Source: Botryllus schlosseri
Taxonomy: Eukaryota
Length of the DNA stretch: 64,000 nucleotides
Assembly (NCBI GenBank): GCA_051294905.1
Contig: CM119378.1
Span: forward strand, 1,800,001 to 1,864,000
Direction of reading: 5' to 3'
A program made the translations under genes and the position numbers. The notes under the pieces are model-generated. The model was given only the letters and a program-made list of their open reading frames with translations, ran no database searches and had not been told where the DNA came from. How positions within the stretch are numbered: position 1 is the stretch's first letter; each line of letters opens with the position of its first letter. Of the stretch, positions 53,188 through 64,000 are shown one piece after another.

Positions 53188-55847
53188 ATCTCAATACTCG
53201 AAAGCTCATCTCTCACATCTCGAACTCGATTCAGATTCGAGTGTTGAAATCATTGTGTCCATCCCTAATGACTACCTTCATGCAATATCCTATACATACA
53301 TGGGCGCGTGCAGTAAGGTAAAAAGTGATTCGTAAAGCAATTACCATTGCGAATAGACATAAGGTCAAATGTTCGCTCTCACGAACGCGTTCACAATAGA
53401 CCTTCTACAAAAGTTAGTGTTCACACGAACTGGAAACTTTTAACACCATCCATATTTCTCACACATTGAGACGCCGATGGCGTGCAGGTTGTATATTATT
53501 ACTACTCATACTATCGCTATCCTTCTTATCTTGAGTTACGCCTACTTCTACTTGAGTACTAAAATCAATACTTCTATCCTTCACTTCTATGACCCCCTCT
53601 CATGAGATTGATAGTGTACGCACATCTTTAGAAGTTGAGTCGAACATACAGCTCTATCCAAAAACAAGATACTGTATATGTATATTAAAGGATCATACAT
53701 CAGGTTTATATTCAACAACTATCAATAAGGGAATCACATGTAGTCTACATGAGCGTCCCATTTATAAGAAATATTCACGTATATATGGAGAGATTCATGG
53801 CAAAATATGTCTGTCGCGTAGATTTATGTGTTAACGTGACGTCTGTCCTGTCCATTTATCCATCAATACAGTCGAACGAGGGATGGCCTGTCGATTATTT
53901 TGTCAGATCTTCTGTGAATAACCGTGACACTATCAGTATAATTCTGCATAAATGCCATCGCCTATGCGACACTTATAATTGAACAAATCGATTCTGAATC
54001 ACCAACTGCACAGTACACGGCATCTACATTATACAGTGATCTGGCTGCAAATTTGAAAATTGTGGTAATACCATCTTATTTCGTCACCGATTTGACTGTT
54101 GAAGGTGCCGTTACAACTTTTATCACGAGAATCTCATATAGTTTACGGAATGCTAATTCAATAATGTGGGAGGGCAGTGATATAGTATCGAGTGAAGTAA
54201 ATGATATCAGCGTATATATTCCTTAGCGCATTATACCGATAGGCCCATTTCGCATGATATCGAATTTCAAGGATCACAGAATGGTCTGGTCTCCCATTTA
54301 AATGTAATTAAAGACAAGTAAAACCTTCCGTCGGTAATATTCCCGCTATAAGTGCATCGGAAGAAATTGATATCTTCTCTAGCTCAAGATGAGATCTTGT
54401 TACAATTTACAAGGAAGACGAGAAACCCATCTTCAATCGCTGATGAATTTACGATTAATTCATCCTCCAAGTCCTAGATATTGTACGTAGAAGTAGACTG
54501 ATATTATCAAGTAATTAGTAGAAAATTCTAGATATCAACATCTTCAATGTATGCAATTGAATAACATATTCATAGTGAAATTATTGCCCAATATTTCGTC
54601 AGAATCTCGTCTCGGGTAATCGTCAGCAACTACTTAAGGAGCATTGTACATCAACACATCCGAACACCATACTGATGGGGATTCATTTTATTGTGAATAT
54701 ATTATTCACTTGTATATCGCAGTTAAATACCTCCAAGAATATCTCCAAACATCAAAAATCTAGCAGAGCTCGTAACCACTATGATTCCACCAGTTCAATT
54801 GCTAAATCATACGCGTATATTTATGATCTTCCTAGCCTGAACTATGTGGTAAAGCAATTAATTTGTAGATTTGCTGTCCTACTGATTTTACCGCTGTGAA
54901 TTCCAAGTCTGATATATATTTCCTCGCAATTCCTGATTCTCTTCTCTCTCAGCTGGTTGATAATGCCCGTGGGCAGTTTGTTTGTTCTTCGTTATTTAAA
55001 TATGTTTACGCGCATTAACAATAGCAATTTGGAGTGATTTTCCAGAATACCCAAATTAATTATGGTAGAAACGCAATGTTTTTTTTCTACGTTTCTTTTC
55101 TGAATACGGTACGTAAGAATAAGGTCCATATTTACGAAATTCCCTTGATACTGTTCAATTATATTCTCCCGAACCTGATCAATTGTATCGCGAAATGAAG
55201 TCGGTAACACTTGGATAGCAAATTATGGACCTGGAATTTAACGAATGATGTGCTGTACTGTATTGCAATTACAGGGAGATGAAAGAGACGACGTACAGAG
55301 TCCGCAATTATGTGGGCGATGATCTTCAAGTGACCGTTAAAAGGCAATTATGCGTTATGGATTTTCTGGCGATGAAAAGTCAATCTGTAATCTGTATGCA
55401 CGTGGAGTCAGTTTTATTACCGCTATTGGAATTTCTGTCATGATCACATTGCCATGGATGAATTAAAAACTGAACGTAATGAAGACTGCATAAAATTATA
55501 TCGCCGAGTTGGAGTATATAGCCGATTTAATAACAATATTGAAATCATCGTTTTGTAGGTTTCAGTTTATCATACATATTCATGTTAGCTCATTTTGTGA
55601 CCCCTGTTTACGTTAGGTTGGGAAATGCGAATGGAATCGTTGTTTTCAAATCGTTACCACCACATCGTTGACAATGTTTTGATCTTAAAGATGACCGACC
55701 TTCTGCTATGGCATACAATATCTGAATTGAACCAGACAACATATGATGCAATGAAGAGAGTTTATTGATTTTTAATCAGTAATATTTCCAAGATTTCAAC
55801 GTGAATTAAGTTGATTACGACAACGCGCAGCGAATGGGCCTTGAGAT

Positions 55848-58800
55848 TCAAAACTTGACCAACGACCGACCCTTTATTTGCCCCTTCTTCAGCTTCGCGA
55901 GCACATCCGGGACGTCTTCGAGAGACACGTAGTTCAAGTCAGGGGGTGTCAACTGCAACATAGTTAACGAGATTAATTTCTTACACATAAAACGTATGCT
56001 AAATCTGACATCGCTTACTTTCCGTGATTTAATCATTTGTAGTGAGTTAATCCGTGTGATGTAATGATGTTCATATCTAACTTTGACTTCATTGGGCAGT
56101 GTTGTAACCAAGTCACAAGTTTCCGAGTTACAAGTCAATTTGACTTTTATAGTTTTGACTCGAGTCATTTTCAATTCACCTACGAGTCAAGTCCGAGTCC
56201 GAGTCAAGAAGAAACGGGTCCAGTCCGAGTCTTGGTGTTTACTGTTCATTATCGAGTTCAAGTGGGTTCAACTCACGTCTGTAAAACTCCCGAGTGATAG
56301 AAGGCCTCGCATTCATAATATAATCCTTTTTCTCACTCTAAACGTGTTTGTTCAAACAGATAAAATACAGTTTGTGGGCATATTTTCCAATTATATCGGT
56401 CCTGATTTACGAGACTAGCCTTATAGAATGTGTCGAGTCTATGACTAGGTCCAGTCATGCGCAATTACTCGAGTACAGGTCTAGTCAATTACCACCGCGT
56501 CAAAGAAAAATCGAGTCGTGTCATGACTCGAGTCATTGCAACCCGGACTTTGAGATTATTGGACAATGTATGTATGTCGCAATGACGCTTGAACTAGTGA
56601 GTAATACACGAATGAATTAGTATACTAATCGAAATCTCATAAAAGTAATTGCGCACCTTTTTCGTAGCAACGAGCTCGATCAACTCCTTGAGCTGCTCCA
56701 AAGACCCGACGTACACACCAAAAATCTTTTGCAAGCTAAGAGCAAATATCGGCAGGGGAACCGACATCGCTCCCCCAAATAAACCGACCAGAGCCATAGC
56801 GCCGCCCTGAAAGAAATCATCAGCGATGCGTACTGGTGACGCGGTATGATTAAAGAGTAGATTGCTATTTAAATTATCTCACTGAATATGAAAGCATTAC
56901 GTTTTAACCAGTCCAGAAGACATGTGGCGGTGTATAGTGGGACGTGATTCAGGTTAGCCCTCTGGTTTACCGGACCACGACCTGACATATCGATCTCGAC
57001 TTCAGACACATGACACCTTTTTCTTTTGTCACTCGTCCTTTTATATTATCTTCTCTTACTTTTCAGTCATTGTGCGTGCCTCCTTTGTTACATAGCCTAG
57101 GCCCAGGTGGGTGTCTGATTCCGAAGACTACTCCACTCGACACCTTCTTATGTTTCATTGAATCGCAATCTTATGGTGTATTGAAATGATGAAATTATTA
57201 GCAATAAATTGAATTGAATTGAATTCTACAAAGCAGAGTTGGAAAACTAGAATTGGAATTACTAAATTCGAAAAAAAATACTAGGAAATTTACTTGAATT
57301 CTGAATTACAACTAAAATCAAGTTCAGTCCATAGCAAATCCGCGTTCATTCTTATAAGTATGGGGATGGAAAATGTTGCACTTTTCGAAAGTAAGTGTAC
57401 TGGATATGTTACCTTGCCAAGTAACATATCCAGTACACTCTGAGCGTAGCACTCCTCACATTTTGTCGCCCATGGCGCAGAGCCATAAACGCCAAGTGGC
57501 TGCTACGCCACTGCTTGATATACGGGTGCAGCTGTGTGAATACACTCATGTTACACGGAACTAGAACCCACCTCAGACTTACACCACGGTATAAATCAAA
57601 CACAACATTTAATCCAAATGATGCTTGTAGGGGTGGGCCTACTTAGCAGAGATGAGCGGATTTGGAATTTCTATGTCCTAATCCAATCCAAATCCGAACC
57701 TTCAAATCCAAATCCAAATCCTAATCCATAACTTTTTCATATTGAAGTCCATGTCCAATCCTAATCCGATTCCAACTGGAAATTCAGAAAAAATGCTAAT
57801 TTATGGAAGGGAGGGATTGGAAATTTTTCTTTCACTACCAACGATCCCCTCGATTCAAGATAACTTAGTAACCATGAGTAAATTAATAGCTGATTTAAAT
57901 AAAGTTTGTCGCCTCTCGCCACACGACAAATCAATTTCCCAGAAAATCCGTAAATCCAATCTAAATCCTAATCCGTTCAAAAAAATCTCTTATCCAAATC
58001 CAATCCAAATCCGAAAATTTTTCACAAATAGTTTTTTTATAAATCCTAATCCTAATCCATGCTCATCTCTGCTACTTAGGGACGTAGTAATGTATTCACG
58101 TAGGTATACGTAAGGATTTCTAACCGCGATATAATTCTTAGATAGGTTCTGCTTCCGTTTGCCTGTACACCTTTTTGGGTGGAAATCTACTCTGTTTTCG
58201 CTAATAGTATATATAATCCATCCTGTCTGTATGCGTCTCCAGAAATTTACTTTTGTCAAATATTGAAGACTGCGACCGGTGCTCTCGGTGGAGTTTACAA
58301 AATCAATGATAGCGTTGATTTCTCCGTCGACTGCTTTTGACTTCGTCAATCCGATCAATTCCTGTTCGGAAAGTTTGCTGTCCCAGAATACAGTATCATC
58401 AGCGCCATGCTCGCTAGCCATTCTTAGCTTTCCATCCTGTGTCAAAATTGAAGTATTCAAGCTGTTGACTGAGAATAATATCGATGCCTGATGCATACGT
58501 TGATATCCGCAATAATGATTTTAACTCCATCAGGCAAAGTTGCTCTGGCAGTTTGTAAGCACCACAGCCCCAAACCACCTGCTCCGATGATCAAGAGCGT
58601 AGCTCTTCCTGAAAATATGTGTTTTATAGACAGTTTGTTACAGTACAGATCTTGACCCATATATCGAACTACCGCCAGGTGTCGTTAGATAATAAAGTCT
58701 GATTGCTTCTGTAATACTGAATAGAGGATAATGGCTTGTGGTGTGGCTATCATGAGGCTAAGAGCAGTCTATCAGTTTTATTAATATTTTCATCATTTCC

Positions 58801-61800
58801 AAAACACCACAAAACTGCGATACAATGAAAAGATAGGAAAGTGTCGAAACGACTTGGAGTAGTCTTGGGAATCGGACACCCACCTTGGCCTAGCCGAAGT
58901 AAAGAAGGGGCATGCACATCGCACGCTGAATGAAAAGTAAAGCAGATAATATAAAAGGCAAGCGTGCACCACAATAGCAGATGACACCACATCATTTGGG
59001 TTAAAGTTAAGGCTATATTTAGGGTTATGTTGGGTTAGGATGTAGATAGGGTTAGGGCAGTGGTTCATAGCCTTTACTAAACCGCGGAACAGTGGTCTGC
59101 AAGTTTTCGCGGGATCCTAAGTTTTCGCTGAGCCATAAAAACAATAATCAACTGCAATACACATCTGACCTCTATCGAATCCCTGAGACTGGCTCTTTAA
59201 ACACCTGTTTTGGGCAAGGGTAAATTTTGTGGGTAGGATTGCGATTAGAGTTAGTTTTTGGGTTGTATTGTCACACAGGCCTACTACGATGTCGCATGCT
59301 GAAATGTCGAGCAACCATGCTGATATCGATAAATACTGTTCGAGCCACAAGTTTCAATTCTGGATGGTCTCGTATATAAAAGTATAATAGAAACCTATAA
59401 GTCAAGTCGCGCTGACATATAGGCCTATAAAACTCTCCCGTCCTAGTTTACGGATCGTTCAACTTTGATTACTGCGACTATTGCGTCACAAACTATACTA
59501 CAAACTGAACTATGGTAGTTGTGCCACGGAAGATTTTTAAAATTACAAATGAGCCACGACTAAAGGTTAATATCTATGGCAAAGCGCATTGTGCAATTGT
59601 AAATATACCGTACATCAAAGTGGCTTCTACGATGGTCACTGCTGGTCACTCTAAAAGTGTTCAGAAATATTTAATACCAATTGGAATCTGTTTGTCTCCA
59701 TTTTACAGTAGCCGAATTGAACATTTTATATGGACCGACATAATCGCTGGTTTACTATTATTTGCATCTATTGTATTTTGCGCTGAGTCCGTTACTGTAA
59801 AGTTAACGTTATGTTTGTGTACCTTTGAGGTTTAGGAAATATTCTATTGTCGGTTTAACTTTTTGAACCGCGTTGTACCCGGTCACTCCAGAACAACAAA
59901 GCATGCAGGCCACGTCCATTCGCAAACAGTCGGGTAATTTGATGACGATATCCCTCCTTTTAATCGGGACGTACTCAGAGAATCTGTAGAAGGAATTGTC
60001 CAATTGATACAGTATTGTAAATACAATCCTTAAACACTCTATAGATAGATACCCTCCATCTCTTCCGCAACCCATTGGCTGAGACATGGGGCACATAGCA
60101 CCATCTCCTTTATTGCAGTATTCGCAGTTGTCGCAGCCAGTCCAAGGATAGATGGCAACTTTATCTCCAACCTTCAATCTATCGTCGTCTGTAGACACAA
60201 ACATAAATATATGGGGTTATAAATCCTACGTGCATACCTTCCTATGTTGGCGTTCTTACTATGTCATACCAACAAGAAACACATTTAATGCAATGCATCT
60301 AACTATTTTTTCTGGAGAAGATTTTCCACCGGGATATATCATATTCCTGACAGGACATCGGAGATAATGTTCACAATGTGGTGTTATGCTCCTTATTCAA
60401 TTGCGATAAATCCATTCTTCTGTATTGTGGATTAAACTTTCGTTCAGCCACGGTAAAAGGAATCCTGATCCATATACTGTATGTTACTCAATATACGGAA
60501 TGATAGCCTCACGGATAGTAGCCTATAATTGGCCAATCTCACCAGTGGGTGCTCTTGCTTTGAAGCTGCTGTGAAGTGACTAGTACAGTGGTTCTCAACC
60601 GCCGGTCCGCGGACCGGTGCCGGTCCGCGACGACATTTTTGCCGGTCCGCGAGGTAAATTAGGATTTTATACCTAAATTTCAAGATGCAACGTGCTAATG
60701 GCTTTACCACTCATCAAATTGTAAACTGATTCAGTACCGCTTGAGGTAACATTAGGCCTAGAAACATGTTCGATTTGACTTGAAGTTCGAGATCGCTGGT
60801 GACAACATATACGAGCGGACTCGTTAAACCGCTTACTTTGCACGATCATTCGTTTTCGACTCATACATTTTGTGGATGACAAGGTATCTATGTTGCCTGC
60901 TGTTTTACTCTCGACATAGCAATTTTACCTGACTCAGCAGACACACTACAGTAAAATCACATGAATACCATCATGGACATATTTAATTACGAAAAAAACT
61001 AGAAATGTCACTCTCTAGGACAGGGGTGGCCAACCTGCGGCCGTAGCAGAAAATTTGTGAGGCCGTCGATACGTACTTCAATAAGAACGTGTTGGCGGCC
61101 GTCGACAAGAAAATTGAATTTACGAATTGACTCCCGATTAAACCCGCGATTCAATGCGATTTCATTTTTCGATTTCAATATCATAGCGCCCTTTGCAATC
61201 TGAACCCCACAGTACAGATGTGAACATCAGAGGAAAATGGGTGCGATCAGAGGAAAATGGTGCACCCTAACAACTTAGAATCGTGTGCTCCTGACGAAAG
61301 AAATTTGTTTCTGTCGCGTTTGGGCGATTTTAATATCTTTTCACTTTGACCGACAATCCTGATGGGAGGTCCACTTTGACCGACAATCCTGATGGGAGGT
61401 CAAGTAATAACAGCAAAAAAGTGACTGTAATAGCAATTGGCCTACCAGAAGATGCATCATCATTTATAATTTGCCATACATTTTTGAAAACACTCTCTCC
61501 ATCAACTCTACTGTTGAATCTGATTACATGGGCTGAAAACGGATAAATATTCGATGGTAATATGTAGAACTGCTAAAATTGGACGAAATGCATTGGTGAA
61601 TCTGAAAAAAAAAATGTCGAGCCCACTAATTTGTTCATAACATGACCAGATTGACCACTCGCGATTTCAGCACGTATAGTAAGCCGGTATGAAAAACTAA
61701 ATTAATCCGGAGTTCAACGGAAATGGACATGAACACTGCATGGTGGGCAGTTAACATGAGTATTTGGCGTCCAGTTACCTCACTACGGATATGTCCAGGT

Positions 61801-63190
61801 ATGAGGCCGTAGGCTACATAAGTAATGTAAATGCGGCCACGATTAGCAAAAAGGTTGTCCGCCCCTGCTCCAGTACAATACTTGCAAAAAACGTTTGCAT
61901 ACCTTGTATTTCGGGTTTATTTCAATCTTAGAAGGTCCGCCGGTCCGCCATATATTTTTTGAAATTTTACCGGTCCGCGAGGTCAAAAAGGTTGAGAACC
62001 ACTGGACTAGTACATGGTGAATTTGCAGTGGTTTAAGCTACTGCAAAGGACAATAAATCTTAGGCAATCGTACGATTAAGTATCCGAATTATACCACCGG
62101 TGGTTCGCGCGCCACAGTTTGAGTACCACTGCGCTAGCGAGAAAAACTTTTACAGTGTACCAACATATAAATGTCGCAGGCACGCCGGGAATCTATATTT
62201 CAACATGTCCGATGTATCTTACCGACCGACGAATCGATAGAGTGCACTACGCCCGCAATCTCATGTCCGAAAACAGCCGGGAACGTGAAACCGGGTAGCG
62301 ACGACACTGGCAAGACTTGACCGCCTCCGAGTAGAAGCTCGTCGTCCGCCATGTGTACATCTGAATGACATATCCCGCAAAACGTTGTCTGTGGAAAACG
62401 AACCCGTTAAATGCAGAAGAGATCAAAGCAGCTAGCGTTGATGCTCAAGTAAAAGTAGAAAAAATGCCATGAATATTGACTCAATTACAAGTACAAGTAG
62501 CAATTTTAAAGACATGTCAACACTATACTTCGAGAAGTGGTATCAAAAGAAGATGTAAAATATACTCAGGTATTCCAAAAGGTAGATTTGATGGAGGGGT
62601 TACTTGCTTTTAGAATTTAATGTAGATGTGCCTTTGGAACGTAACCAATGTATCTATAACCAGATGCGATTGTCGATAATATGTCTATATCCAGTTACCA
62701 TAATACAGGGTCCCTATCGGCCGGTTTATGCGATAATTTCGCTTGTTAAACTGATGCGAGCGTATCCCAAGACTACTTTTTACTTTACTAAATACAAAGT
62801 GTAAAAAGTAAGTAGTTTTAAAGAGACATTTTCGCGTACAGAACTTTAATATACATTTAAGTAGTATATTCATTGCATAAATATATTGAAATACGGGAAT
62901 ATATTTATGCAATGAATATAATACTTGATTGTAAGTAGCTTTGTGTGAAATACTGTTAAATAGAAATGGCAGTACTCTAAAAACATACCAACTCGAAGGA
63001 GTACTACAAGTAGGCAAAGCTACTTGAGTACTCCAAAAAGTAGAAGTACTTCGTTTCTGAATACCTCTTGTTAAACGGGTTAAGCATAGTTCACCTTTAC
63101 AACCAAGCCGCCAGCCGGGGGATCAGGCACTTTGTCGTACGATTTAATGACCATCTTCTCTTTAGGTGCGGGTATCTCGGCTCGCTTCAT
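55848..63190 (-). CDS. Zinc-dependent medium-chain alcohol dehydrogenase (MDR family), 8 coding exons, ~369 aa
   Basis: Exons (-) 63190-63095, 62388-62223, 60188-60053, 59983-59823, 58608-58499, 58436-58251, 56806-56657, 55952-55848. Motifs: CGICHSD, GHEIAG, structural zinc CDNCEYC...C, CSGVTGY, Rossmann GAGGLG, VGLFGG. AATAAA on the minus strand at 55761-55766. Confidence 0.93.
56965..57224 (+). mobile_element. LINE 3' UTR fragment ((ATTGA)n-tail subfamily) in an ADH intron
   Basis: CCGGACCACGA...GGTGGGTGTCTGATTCC...AATAAATTGAATTGAATTG. Confidence 0.75.
57647..58071. mobile_element. MITE with AATCC-type subterminal repeats in an ADH intron
   Basis: TIR CAGAGATGAGC...GCTCATCTCTG with perfect TSD CTACTTAG. 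Related remnant at ~42790-42912. Confidence 0.9.
58780..58992 (-). mobile_element. LINE 3' UTR fragment
   Basis: Reverse-complement match to the LINE UTR (GACACCCACCTTGGCCTAG core). Confidence 0.7.
60586..62004. mobile_element. hAT(Charlie)-like element with nested element 61021-61867, in ADH intron 2
   Basis: TIR CAGTGGTTCTCAACC...GGTTGAGAACCACTG with perfect TSD GACTAGTA. Nested CAGGGGTGGCCAACC...GGTTGTCCGCCCCTG. Confidence 0.9.
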
Positions 63191-63943
63191 TCTTGTGGTA
63201 TTAAACAAGACTAAATAACAATCTGCTCGAATATCTGAGCACTTCCAAGGTTAGTTTCTCCGGAAAAGCATACCCAATGCTAATGCAATACCTTGCTATA
63301 CACTTACACACCACTTGGGCAAGATTGTATTGTGATATAGATGTCCGGTCGTGTATATATCTATATACACTCTTAGTGACGAATGTGTGTATTCACATCA
63401 TTGTAGCATCCTTTTGGGTCTGAAGACACACCCTATTCCCTAAAAGTGTACGTACTGTACACAGTACATGGCACGCATAACATAACGAGCGTATCGCGTA
63501 TCCAATTCATTTTTTTAACAGCCGATATTAATGCAAACTCCTCATTTAAATTATATTGTTATTTTATTATATGCTCAATGATCTAGCAATGAAAGGGAAT
63601 AAAAGCGACCAAATACGTAATTTCCGATGCCCTTTCGTAGCAGTACCGGCAGGTATAATATTTGATTATCTTATTGGCGAATATTTGTGAGTACGGTCTA
63701 CAATCTTACTTCGGTTGGTAATCATAGAGGGCTACTTTATAACATAATTATTTGCTCTTTTCACTTTCATATCAACTGTGGAAAGAATCTGATTACCTCC
63801 AAACATGTACGTACGATACCAACCTTAAAGACGTTTCCCCCGTCAATATCATGTAATGTCAGTTTGGCAATTATATAAAATGTCTCCGTTCATGACTTGC
63901 GTGGTTATTATGCATTTATTTCACGGTCGACGAAGTAAGTGAA

Positions 63944-64000
63944 CTCTCTCTCTCTCTCTCTCCATCTCTCTCTCTCTTTCTTTCTCTCTCTCCCTCTCTC
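63944..64000. repeat. (TC)n microsatellite
   Basis: Imperfect TC dinucleotide run reaching the window end. Confidence 0.9.

Noticed and set aside
53600..55400. Non-repetitive stretch that looks like decayed coding sequence on the minus strand
   Set aside because: All frames tried hit stops quickly and no motif was recognisable; needs BLASTx, so no call made.
63191..63307. Acceptor 20 nt upstream of the ADH ATG as a trans-splice site
   Set aside because: A good minus-strand donor (gtaagt at ~63307) explains it as an ordinary 5' UTR intron.

Overview
Repeat-rich, intron-containing eukaryotic DNA from an invertebrate. A tunicate (ascidian) is the most likely source, inferred from 49-70 nt introns and the gene and TE types. 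Five spliced protein-coding genes were reconstructed by hand from GT-AG sites and frame continuity. (1) STIMATE/TMEM110 (+, 10941-16540). (2) A small unknown MGxxxS-start protein (+, 29351-~30025/30392). (3) A stand-alone NHL-repeat beta-propeller gene (+, ~30474/32895-34163). (4) A ~1006-aa secreted protein with a Ly6/three-finger-like domain, 10 six-cysteine sushi/CCP domains and a degenerate vWA domain (-, 41740-48683). (5) A zinc-dependent MDR alcohol dehydrogenase (-, 55848-63190). Much of the rest is nested non-autonomous DNA transposons with CAG/TAG ends and 8-bp TSDs, 3' fragments of an L2/CR1-type LINE, tRNA-derived SINEs and microsatellites. The most notable observations: ten CCPs in one 2.3-kb exon; a pair of near-identical 2007-bp transposons in inverted orientation with separate TSDs; a perfect 127-bp-arm foldback in a LINE tail; a LINE insertion that appears to rewrite a C-terminus; and a possible two-gene operon. 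All coordinates and translations were read by eye; no database searches were run.
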